Of a stretch of 64,000 bases of DNA, positions 41,001-53,000 are shown in pieces; the first letter of the stretch is position 1, and each line of letters starts with the position of its first letter. The notes beneath the pieces are model-generated. The model was given only the letters and a program-made list of their open reading frames with translations, did not search any database and was not told the DNA's origin. This DNA comes from Botryllus schlosseri (taxonomy: Eukaryota), in contig CM119372.1 of the NCBI GenBank assembly GCA_051294905.1, positions 10,976,001-11,040,000 of the forward strand. Direction: 5' to 3'. The position numbers and the translations under genes are program-made.

Positions 41001-44000
41001 TGCCGAATTGGAATCCGTTGTTTGCGTTGGCGTGAGCAATAGCGTCACCGCTTCCGTAGTGAGGTCCTCCGGATGCGATCGCCTTAGCAGCGGCGTTGTT
41101 CGCGAAGTTAAGGTTAATTCCGCCCATACCCATGCTTGCGAAGAGGTCGCGGTTTTGTCCTTTGCCTCCTTCGGTGGTGACATCAACTGCAAGATCGCTG
41201 TCGACGTGTGCGTCAGCGATAGCGAGAGTGTTGTCTGCTACATCGACATCGACGCCGTGACCGCCAGAATGATCACCGTCCACGTTGACGGCGAGTCCCA
41301 TTGGGCCCATGCCGAATTGGAATCCGTTGTTTGCGTTGGCGTGAGCAATAGCGTCACCGCTTCCGTAGTGAGGTCCTCCGGCTGCGATCGCTTTAGCAGC
41401 GGCGTTGTTAGCGAAGTTAAGGTTAATTCCGCCCATACCCATGCTTGCGAAGAGGTCGCCGTATTGTCCTTTGCCTCCTTCGGTGGTGACATCAACTGCA
41501 AGATCGCTGTCAACGTGTGCGTCAGCGATAGCGAGAGTATTGTCTGCGATATCGACATCGACGCCGTGACCGCCAGAATGATCACCGTCCACGTTGACGG
41601 CGAGTCCCATTGGGCCCATGGCGAATTGGAATCCGTTGTTTGCGTTGGCGTGTGCAATGGCATCACCGCTTCCGTAGTGAGGTCCTCCGGTTGCGATTGA
41701 TTTAGCAGCGGCGTTGTTTCCGAAGTTAAGGTTAATTCCGCCCATACCCATGTTTGCGAAGAGGTCGCCATATTGTCCTTTGCCTCCGTCGGTGATGACA
41801 TCAACTGCAAGATCGCTATCGACGTGTGCGTCAGCGATGGCGAGAGTGTTGTCTGCTACATCGACATCGACGCCGTGACCGCCAGAATGATCACCGTCCA
41901 CATTGACGCCGAGTCCCATTGGGCCCATGGCGAATTGGAATCCGTTGTTTGCGTTGGCGTGTGCAATAGCATCACCGCTTCCGTAGTGAGGTCCTCCGGT
42001 TGCGATTGCTTTAGCAGCGGCGTTGTTTCCGAAGTTAAGGTTAATTCCGCCCATACCCATGTTTGCGAAGAGGTCGCCGTATTGTCCTTTGCCTCCGTCG
42101 GTGGTGACATCAACTGCAAGATCGCTGTCGACGTGTGCGTCAGCGATAGCGAGAGTATTGTCTGCGATATCGACATCGACGCCGTGACCGCCAGAATGAT
42201 CACCGTCCACGTTGACGGCGAGTCCCATTGGGCCCATGCCGAATTGGAATCCGTTGTTTGCGTTGGCGTGAGCAATAGCGTCACCGCTTCCGTAGTGAGG
42301 TCCTCCGGCTGCGATCGCTTTAGCAGCGGCGTTGTTTGCGAAGTTAAGGTTAATTCCGCCCATACCCATGCTTGCGAAGAGGTCGCCGTATTGTCCTTTG
42401 CCTCCTTCGGTGGTGACATCAACTGCAAGATCGCTGTCGACGTGTGCGTCAGCGATAGCGAGAGTGTTGTCTGCTACATCGACATCGACGCCGTGACCGC
42501 CAGAATGATCACCGTCCACGTTGACGGCGAGTCCCATTGGGCCCATGCCGAATTGGAATCCGTTGTTTGCGTTGGCGTGAGCAATAGCGTCACCGCTTCC
42601 GTAGTGAGGTCCTCCGGCTGCAATCGCTTTAGCAGCGGCGTTGTTAGCGAAGTTAAGGTTAATTCCGCCCATACCCATGCTTGCGAAGAGGTCGCCGTAT
42701 GGTCCTTTGCCTCCTTCGGTGGTGACATCAACTGCAAGATCGCTGTCGACGTGTGCGTCAGCGATAGCGAGAGTGTTGTCTGCTACATCGACATCGACGC
42801 CGTGACCGCCAGAATGATCACCGTCCACGTTGACGGCGAGTCCCATTGGGCCCATGCCGAATTGGAATCCGTTGTTTGCGTTGGCGTGAGCAATAGCGTC
42901 ACCGCTTCCGTAGTGAGGTCCTCCGGCTGCGATCGCTTTAGCAGCGGCGTTGTTTGCGAAGTTAAGGTTAATTCCGCCCATACCCATGCTTGCGAAGAGG
43001 TCGCCGTATTTTCCTCTGCCTCCTTCGGTGGTGACATCAACTGCAAGATCGCTGTCGACGTGTGCGTCAGCGATAGCGAGAGTGTTGTCTGCTACATCGA
43101 CATCGACGCCGTGACCGCCAGAATGATCACCGTCCACGTTGACGGCGAGTCCCATTGGGCCCATGCCGAATTGGAATCCGTTGTTTGCGTTGGCGTGAGC
43201 AATAGCGTCACCGCTTCCGTAGTGAGGTCCTCCGGCTGCGATCGCTTTAGCAGCGGCGTTGTTAGCGAAGTTAAGGTTAATTCCGCCCATACCCATGCTT
43301 GCGAAGAGGTCGCCGTATTGTCCTTTGCCTCCTTCGGTGGTGACATCAACTGCAAGATCGCTGTCGACGTGTGCGTCAGCGATAGCGAGAGTGTTGTCTG
43401 CTACATCGACATCGACGCCGTGACCGCCAGAATGATCACCGTCCACGTTGACGGCGAGTCCCATTGGGCCCATGCCGAATTGGAATCCGTTGTTTGCGTT
43501 GGCGTGAGCAATAGCGTCACCGCTTCCGTAGTGAGGTCCTCCGGCTGCGATCGCTTTAGCAGCGGCGTTGTTAGCGAAGTTAAGGTTAACTCCGCCCATA
43601 CCCATGCTTGCGAAGAGGTCGCCGTATTGTCCTTTGCCTCCTTCGGTGGTGACATCAACTGCAAGATCGCTGTCGACGTGTGCGTCAGCGATAGCGAGAG
43701 TGTTGTCTGCTACATCGACATCGACGCCGTGACCGCCAGAATGATCACCGTCCACGTTGACGGCGAGTCCCATTGGGCCCATGCCGAATTGGAATCCGTT
43801 GTTTGCGTTGGCATGAGCAATAGCGTCACCGCTTCCGTAGTGAGGTCCTCCGGCTGCGATCGCTTTAGCAGCGGCGTTGTTTGCGAAGTTAAGGTTAATT
43901 CCGCCCATACCCATGCTTGCGAAGAGGTCGCCGTATTGTCCTTTGCCTCCTTCGGTGGTGACATCAACTGCAAGATCGCTGTCGGCGTGTGCGTCAGCGA

Positions 44001-47000
44001 TAGCGAGAGTGTTGTCTGCTACATCGACATCGACGCCGTGACCGCCAGAATGATCACCGTCCACGTTGACGGCGAGTCCCATTGGGCCCATGCCGAATTG
44101 GAATCCGTTGTTTGCGTTGGCGTGAGCAATAGCGTCACCGCTTCCGTAGTGAGGTCCTCCGGCTGCGATCGCTTTAGCAGCGGCGTTGTTAGCGAAGTTA
44201 AGGTTAATTCCGCCCATACCCATGCTTGCGAAGAGGTCGCCGTATTGTCCTTTGCCTCCTTCGGTGGTGACATCAACTGCAAGATCGCTGTCGACGTGTG
44301 CGTCAGCGATAGCGAGAGTATTGTCTGCGATATCGACGTCGACGCCGTGACCGCCAGAATGATCACCGTCCACGTTGACGGCGAGTCCCATTGGGCCCAT
44401 GCCGAATTGGAATCCGTTGTTTGCGTTGGCGTGAGCAATAGCGTCACCGCTTCCGTAGTGAGGTCCTCCGGATGCGATCGCCTTAGCAGCGGCGTTGTTC
44501 GCGAAGTTAAGGTTAATTCCGCCCATACCCATGCTTGCGAAGAGGTCGCGGTTTTGTCCTTTGCCTCCTTCGGTGGTGACATCAACTGCAAGATCGCTGT
44601 CGACGTGTGCGTCAGCGATAGCGAGAGTGTTGTCTGCTACATCGACATCGACGCCGTGACCGCCAGAATGATCACCGTCCACGTTGACGGCGAGTCCCAT
44701 TGGGCCCATGCCGAATTGGAATCCGTTGTTTGCGTTGGCGTGAGCAATAGCGTCACCGCTTCCGTAGTGAGGTCCTCCGGCTGCGATCGCTTTAGCAGCG
44801 GCGTTGTTAGCGAAGTTAAGGTTAATTCCGCCCATACCCATGCTTGCGAAGAGGTCGCCGTATTGTCCTTTGCCTCCTTCGGTGGTGACATCAACTGCAA
44901 GATCGCTGTCAACGTGTGCGTCAGCGATAGCGAGAGTATTGTCTGCGATATCGACATCGACGCCGTGACCGCCAGAATGATCACCGTCCACGTTGACGGC
45001 GAGTCCCATTGGGCCCATGCCGAATTGGAATCCGTTGTTTGCGTTGGCGTGAGCAATAGCGTCACCGCTTCCGTAGTGAGGTCCTCCGGATGCGATCGCT
45101 TTAGCAGCGGCGTTGTTCGCGAAGTTAAGGTTAATTCCGCCCATACCCATGCTTGCGAAGAGGTCGCCGTATTTTCCTTTGCCTCCTTCGGTGGTGACAT
45201 CAACTGCAAGATCGCTGTCGACGTGTGCGTCAGCGATAGCGAGAGTGTTGTCTGCTACATCGACATCGACGCCGTGACCGCCAGAATGATCACCGTCCAC
45301 ATTGACGGCGAGTCCCATTGGGCCCATGCCGAATTGGAATCCGTTGTTTGCGTTGGCGTGAGCAATAGCGTCACCGCTTCCGTAGTGAGGTCCTCCGGCT
45401 GCGATCGCTTTAGCAGCGGCGTTGTTTGCGAAGTTAAGGTTAATTCCGCCCATACCCATGCTTGCGAAGAGGTCGCCGTATTGTCCTTTGCCTCCTTCGG
45501 TGGTGACATCAACTGCAAAATCGCTGTCGACGTGTGCGTCAGCGATAGCGAGAGTGTTGTCTGCTACATCGACATCGACGCCGTGACCGCCAGAATGATC
45601 ACCGTCCATGTTGACGGCGAGTCCCATTGGGCCCATGCCGAATTGGAATCCGTTGTTTGCGTTGGCGTGAGCAATAGCGTCACCGCTTCCGTAGTGATGT
45701 CCTCCGGCTGCGATCGCTTTAGCAGCGGCGTTGTTTGCGAAGTTAAGGTTAATTCCGCCCATACCCATGCTTGCGAAGAGGTCGCCGTATTGTCCTTTGC
45801 CTCCTTCGGTGGTGACATCAACTGCAAGATCGCTGTCGACGTGTGCGTCAGCGATAGCGAGAGTATTGTCTGCGATATCGACGTCGACGCCGTGACCGCC
45901 AGAATGATCACCGTCCACGTTGACGGCGAGTCCCATTGGGCCCATGCCGAATTGGAATCCGTTGTTTGCGTTGGCGTGAGCAATAGCGTCACCGCTTCCG
46001 TAGTGAGGTCCTCCGGCTGCGATCGCTTTAGCAGCGGCGTTGTTAGCGAAGTTAAGGTTAATTCCGCCCATACCCATGCTTGCGAAGAGGTCGCCGTATT
46101 GTCCTTTGCCTCCTTCGGTGGTGACATCAACTGCAAGATCGCTGTCAACGTGTGCGTCAGCGATAGCGAGAGTATTGTCTGCGATATCGACATCGACGCC
46201 GTGACCGCCAGAATGATCACCGTCCACGTTGACGGCGAGTCCCATTGGGCCCATGCCGAATTGGAATCCGTTGTTTGCGTTGGCGTGAGCAATTGCGTCA
46301 CCGCTTCCGTAGTGAGGTCCTCCGGATGCGATCGCTTTAGCAGCGGCGTTGTTCGCGAAGTTAAGGTTAATTCCGCCCATACCCATGCTTGCGAAGAGGT
46401 CACCGTATTTTCCTTTGCCTGCTTCGGTGGTGACATCAACTGCAAGATCGCTGTCGACGTGTGCGTCAGCGATAGCGAGAGTGTTGTCTGCTACATCGAC
46501 ATCGACGCCGTGACCGCCAGAATGATCACCGTCCACGTTGACGGCGAGTCCCATTGGGCCCATGCCGAATTGGAATCCGTTGTTTGCGTTGGCGTGAGCA
46601 ATAGCGTCACCGCTTCCGTAGTGAGGTCCTCCGGCTGCGATCGCTTTAGCAGCGGCGTTGTTTGCGAAGTTAAGGTTAATTCCGCCCATACCCATGCTTG
46701 CGAAGAGGTCGCCGTATTGTCCTTTGCCTCCTTCGGTGGTGACATCAACTGCAAGATCGCTGTTGACGTGTGCGTCAGCGATAGCGAGAGTGTTGTCTGC
46801 TACATCGACATCGACGCCGTGACCGCCAGAATGATCACCGTCCACGTTGACGGCGAGTCCCATTGGGCCCATGCCGAATTGGAATCCGTTGTTTGCGTTG
46901 GCGTGAGCAATAGCGTCACCGCTTCCGTAGTGAGGTCCTCCGGCTGCGATCGCTTTAGCAGCGGCGTTGTTTGCGAAGTTAAGGTTAATTCCGCCCATAC

Positions 47001-50000
47001 CCATGCTTGCGAAGAGGTCGCCGTATTGTCCTTTGCCTCCTTCGGTGGTGACATCAACTGCAAGATCGCTGTTGACGTGTGCGTCAGCGATAGCGAGAGT
47101 GTTGTCTGCTATATCGACATCGACGCCGTGACCGCCAGAATGATCACCGTCCACGTTGACGGCGAGTCCCATTGGGCCCATGCCGAATTGGAATCCGTTG
47201 TTTGCGTTGGCGTGAGCAATAGCGTCACCGCTTCCGTAGTGAGGTCCTCCGGCTGCGATCGCTTTAGCAGCGGCGTTGTTTGCGAAGTTAAGGTTAATTC
47301 CGCCCATACCCATGCTTGCGAAGAGGTCGCCGTATTGTCCTTTGCCTCCTTCGGTGGTGACATCAACTGCAAGATCGCTGTTGACGTGTGCGTCAGCGAT
47401 AGCGAGAGTGTTGTCTGCTACATCGACATCGACGCCGTGACCGCCAGAATGATCACCGTCCACGTTGACGGCGAGTCCCATTGGGCCCATGCCGAATTGG
47501 AATCCGTTGTTTGCGTTGGCGTGAGCAATAGCGTCACCGCTTCCGTAGTGAGGTCCTCCGGCTGCGATCGCTTTAGCAGCGGCGTTGTTTGCGAAGTTAA
47601 GGTTAATTCCGCCCATACCCATGCTTGCGAAGAGGTCGCCGTATTGTCCTTTGCCTCCTTCGGTGGTGACATCAACTGCAAGATCGCTGTTGACGTGTGC
47701 GTCAGCGATAGCGAGAGTGTTGTCTGCTACATCGACATCGACGCCGTGACCGCCAGAATGATCACCGTCCACGTTGACGGCGAGTCCCATTGGGCCCATG
47801 CCGAATTGGAATCCGTTGTTTGCGTTGGCGTGAGCAATAGCGTCACCGCTTCCGTAGTGAGGTCCTCCGGCTGCGATCGCTTTAGCAGCGGCGTTGTTTG
47901 CGAAGTTAAGGTTAATTCCGCCCATACCCATGCTTGCGAAGAGGTCGCCGTATTGTCCTTTGCCTCCTTCGGTGGTGACATCAACTGCAAGATCGCTGTT
48001 GACGTGTGCGTCAGCGATAGCGAGAGTGTTGTCTGCTACATCGACATCGACGCCGTGACCGCCAGAATGATCACCGTCCACGTTGACGGCGAGTCCCATT
48101 GGGCCCATGCCGAATTGGAATCCGTTGTTTGCGTTGGCGTGAGCAATAGCGTCACCGCTTCCGTAGTGAGGTCCTCCGGCTGCGATCGCTTTAGCAGCGG
48201 CGTTGTTTGCGAAGTTAAGGTTAATTCCGCCCATACCCATGCTTGCGAAGAGGTCGCCGTATTGTCCTTTGCCTCCTTCGGTGGTGACATCAACTGCAAG
48301 ATCGCTGTTGACGTGTGCGTCAGCGATAGCGAGAGTGTTGTCTGCTACATCGACATCGACGCCGTGACCGCCAGAATGATCACCGTCCACGTTGACGGCG
48401 AGTCCCATTGGGCCCATGCCGAATTGGAATCCGTTGTTTGCGTTGGCGTGAGCAATAGCGTCACCGCTTCCGTAGTGAGGTCCTCCGGCTGCGATCGCTT
48501 TAGCAGCGGCGTTGTTTGCGAAGTTAAGGTTAATTCCGCCCATACCCATGCTTGCGAAGAGGTCGCCGTATTGTCCTTTGCCTCCTTCGGTGGTGACATC
48601 AACTGCAAGATCGCTGTTGACGTGTGCGTCAGCGATAGCGAGAGTGTTGTCTGCTACATCGACATCGACGCCGTGACCGCCAGAATGATCACCGTCCACG
48701 TTGACGGCGAGTCCCATTGGGCCCATGCCGAATTGGAATCCGTTGTTTGCGTTGGCGTGAGCAATAGCGTCACCGCTTCCGTAGTGAGGTCCTCCGGCTG
48801 CGATCGCTTTAGCAGCGGCGTTGTTTGCGAAGTTAAGGTTAATTCCGCCCATACCCATGCTTGCGAAGAGGTCGCCGTATTGTCCTTTGCCTCCTTCGGT
48901 GGTGACATCAACTGCAAGATCGCTGTTGACGTGTGCGTCAGCGATAGCGAGAGTGTTGTCTGCTACATCGACATCGACGCCGTGACCGCCAGAATGATCA
49001 CCGTCCACGTTGACGGCGAGTCCCATTGGGCCCATGCCGAATTGGAATCCGTTGTTTGCGTTGGCGTGAGCAATAGCGTCACCGCTTCCGTAGTGAGGTC
49101 CTCCGGCTGCGATCGCTTTAGCAGCGGCGTTGTTTGCGAAGATAAGGTTAATTCCGCCCATACCCATGCTTGCGAAGAGGTCGCCGTATTGTGCTTTGCC
49201 TCCTTCGGTGGTGACATCAACTGCAAGATCGCTGTTGACGTGTGCGTCAGCGATAGCGAGAGTGTTGTCTGCTACATCGACATCGACGCCGTGACCGCCA
49301 GAATGATCACCGTCCACGTTGACGGCGAGTCCCATTGGGCCCATGCCGAATTGGAATCCGTTGTTTGCGTTGGCGTGAGCAATAGCGTCACCGCTTCCGT
49401 AGTGAGGTCCTCCGGCTGCGATCGCTTTAGCAGCGGCGTTGTTTGCGAAGTTAAGGTTAATTCCGCCCATACCCATGCTTGCGAAGAGGTCGCCGTATTG
49501 TCCTTTGCCTCCTTCGGTGGTGACATCAACTGCAAGATCGCTGTTGACGTGTGCGTCAGCGATAGCGAGAGTGTTGTCTGCTACATCGACATCGACGCCG
49601 TGACCGCCAGAATGATCACCGTCCACGTTGACGGCGAGTCCCATTGGGCCCATGCCGAATTGGAATCCGTTGTTTGCGTTGGCGTGAGCAATAGCGTCAC
49701 CGCTTCCGTAGTGAGGTCCTCCGGCTGCGATCGCTTTAGCAGCGGCGTTGTTTGCGAAGTTAAGGTTAATTCCGCCCATACCCATGCTTGCGAAGAGGTC
49801 GCCGTATTGTCCTTTGCCTCCTTCGGTGGTGACATCAACTGCAAGATCGCTGTTGACGTGTGCGTCAGCGATAGCGAGAGTGTTGTCTGCTACATCGACA
49901 TCGACGCCGTGACCGCCAGAATGATCACCGTCCACGTTGACGGCGAGTCCCATTGGGCCCATGCCGAATTGGAATCCGTTGTTTGCGTTGGCGTGAGCAA

Positions 50001-53000
50001 TAGCGTCACCGCTTCCGTAGTGAGGTCCTCCGGCTGCGATCGCTTTAGCAGCGGCGTTGTTTGCGAAGTTAAGGTTAATTCCGCCCATACCCATGCTTGC
50101 GAAGAGGTCGCCGTATTGTCCTTTCCCTCCTTCGGTGGTGACATCAACTGCAAGATCGCTGTTGACGTGTGCGTCAGCGATAGCGAGAGTGTTGTCTGCT
50201 ACATCGACATCGACGCCGTGACCGCCAGAATGATCACCGTCCACGTTGACGGCGAGTCCCATTGGGCCCATGCCGAATTGGAATCCGTTGTTTGCGTTGG
50301 CGTGAGCAATAGCGTCACCGCTTCCGTAGTGAGGTCCTCCGGCCGCCATCGCTTTAGCAGCGGCGTTGTTTGCGAAGTTAAGGTTAATTCCGCCCATACC
50401 CATGCTTGCGAAGAGGTCGCCGTATTGTCCTTTGCCACCTTCGGTGGTGACATCAACTGCAAGATCGCTGTTGACGTGTGCGTCAGCGATAGCGAGAGTG
50501 TTGTCTGCTACATCGACATCGACGCCGTGACCGCCAGAATGATCTCCGTCCACGTTGACGGCGAGTCCCATTGGGCCCATGCCGAATTGGAATCCGTTGT
50601 TTGCGTTGGCGTGAGCAATAGCGTCACCGCTTCCGTAGTGAGGTCCTCCGGCTGCAATCGCTTTAGCAGCGGCGTTGTTTGCGAAGTTAAGGTTAATTCC
50701 GCCCATACCCATGCTTGCGAAGAGGTCGCCGTATTGTCCTTTGCCTCCTTCGGTGGTGACATCAACTGCAAGATCGCTGTTGACGTGTGCGTCAGCGATA
50801 GCGAGAGTGTTGTCTGCTACATCGACATCGACGCCGTGACCGCCAGAATGATCACCGTCCACGTTGACGGCGAGTCCCATTGGGCCCATGCCGAATTGGA
50901 ATCCGTTGTTTGCGTTGGCGTGAGCAATAGCGTCACCGCTTCCGTAGTGAGGTCCTCCGGCTGCGATCGCTTTAGCAGCGGCGTTGTTTGCGAAGTTAAG
51001 GTTAATTCCGCCCATACCCATGCTTGCGAAGAGGTCGCCGTATTGTCCTTTGCCTCCTTCGGTGGTGACATCAACTGCAAGATCGCTGTTGACGTGTGCG
51101 TCAGCGATAGCGAGAGTGTTGTCTGCTACATCGACATCGACGCCGTGACCGCCAGAATGATCACCGTCCACGTTGACGGCGAGTCCCATTGGGCCCATGC
51201 CGAATTGGAATCCGTTGTTTGCGTTGGCGTGAGCAATAGCGTCACCGCTTCCGTAGTGAGGTCCTCCGGCTGCGATCGCTTTAGCAGCGGCGTTGTTTGC
51301 GAAGTTAAGGTTAATTCCGCCCATACCCATGCTTGCGAAGAGGTCGCCGTATTGTCCTTTGCCTCCTTCGGTGGTGACATCAACTGCAAGATCGCTGTTG
51401 ACGTGTGCGTCAGCGATAGCGAGAGTGTTGTCTGCTACATCGACATCGACGCCGTGACCGCCAGAATGATCACCGTCCACGTTGACGGCGAGTCCCATTG
51501 GGCCCATGCCGAATTGGAATCCGTTGTTTGCGTTGGCGTGAGCAATAGCGTCACCGCTTCCGTAGTGAGGTCCTCCGGCTGCGATCGCTTTAGCAGCGGC
51601 GTTGTTTGCGAAGTTAAGGTTAATTCCGCCCATACCCATGCTTGCGAAGAGGTCGCCGTATTGTCCTTTGCCTCCTTCGGTGGTGACATCAACTGCAAGA
51701 TCGCTGTTGACGTGTGCGTCAGCGATAGCGAGAGTGTTGTCTGCTACATCGACATCGACGCCGTGACCGCCAGAATGATCACCGTCCACGTTGACGGCGA
51801 GTCCCATTGGGCCCATGCCGAATTGGAATCCGTTGTTTGCGTTGGCGTGAGCAATAGCGTCACCGCTTCCGTAGTGAGGTCCTCCGGCTGCGATCGCTTT
51901 AGCAGCGGCGTTGTTTGCGAAGTTAAGGTTAATTCCGCCCATACCCATGCTTGCGAAGAGGTCGCCGTATTGTCCTTTCCCTCCTTCGGTGGTGACATCA
52001 ACTGCAAGATCGCTGTTGACGTGTGCGTCAGCGATAGCGAGAGTGTTGTCTGCTACATCGACATCGACGCCGTGACCGCCAGAATGATCACCGTCCACGT
52101 TGACGGCGAGTCCCATTGGGCCCATGCCGAATTGGAATCCGTTGTTTGCGTTGGCGTGAGCAATAGCGTCACCGCTTCCGTAGTGAGGTCCTCCGGCCGC
52201 CATCGCTTTAGCAGCGGCGTTGTTTGCGAAGTTAAGGTTAATTCCGCCCATACCCATGCTTGCGAAGAGGTCGCCGTATTGTCCTTTGCCACCTTCGGTG
52301 GTGACATCAACTGCAAGATCGCTGTTGACGTGTGCGTCAGCGATAGCGAGAGTGTTGTCTGCTACATCGACATCGACGCCGTGACCGCCAGAATGATCTC
52401 CGTCCACGTTGACGGCGAGTCCCATTGGGCCCATGCCGAATTGGAATCCGTTGTTTGCGTTGGCGTGAGCAATAGCGTCACCGCTTCCGTAGTGAGGTCC
52501 TCCGGCTGCAATCGCTTTAGCAGCGGCGTTGTTTGCGAAGTTAAGGTTAATTCCGCCCATACCCATGCTTGCGAAGAGGTCGCCGTATTGTCCTTTGCCT
52601 CCTTCGGTGGTGACATCAACTGCAAGATCGCTGTTGACGTGTGCGTCAGCGATAGCGAGAGTGTTGTCTGCTACATCGACATCGACGCCGTGACCGCCAG
52701 AATGATCACCGTCCACGTTGACGGCGAGTCCCATTGGGCCCATGCCGAATTGGAATCCGTTGTTTGCGTTGGCGTGAGCAATAGCGTCACCGCTTCCGTA
52801 GTGAGGTCCTCCGGCTGCGATCGCTTTAGCAGCGGCGTTGTTTGCGAAGTTAAGGTTAATTCCGCCCATACCCATGCTTGCGAAGAGGTCGCCGTATTGT
52901 CCTTTGCCTCCTTCGGTGGTGACATCAACTGCAAGATCGCTGTTGACGTGTGCGTCAGCGATAGCGAGAGTGTTGTCTGCTACATCGACATCGACGCCGT

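Noticed and set aside
58..41700. Large + strand ORFs (140-7971 aa, MITVHIDAESHWAH... repeats) as real genes
   Set aside because: They are the exact antisense of the stop-free minus frame. Variants concentrate at their first codon positions (non-synonymous), and sporadic TGA stops break them while reading as Ser on the other strand.
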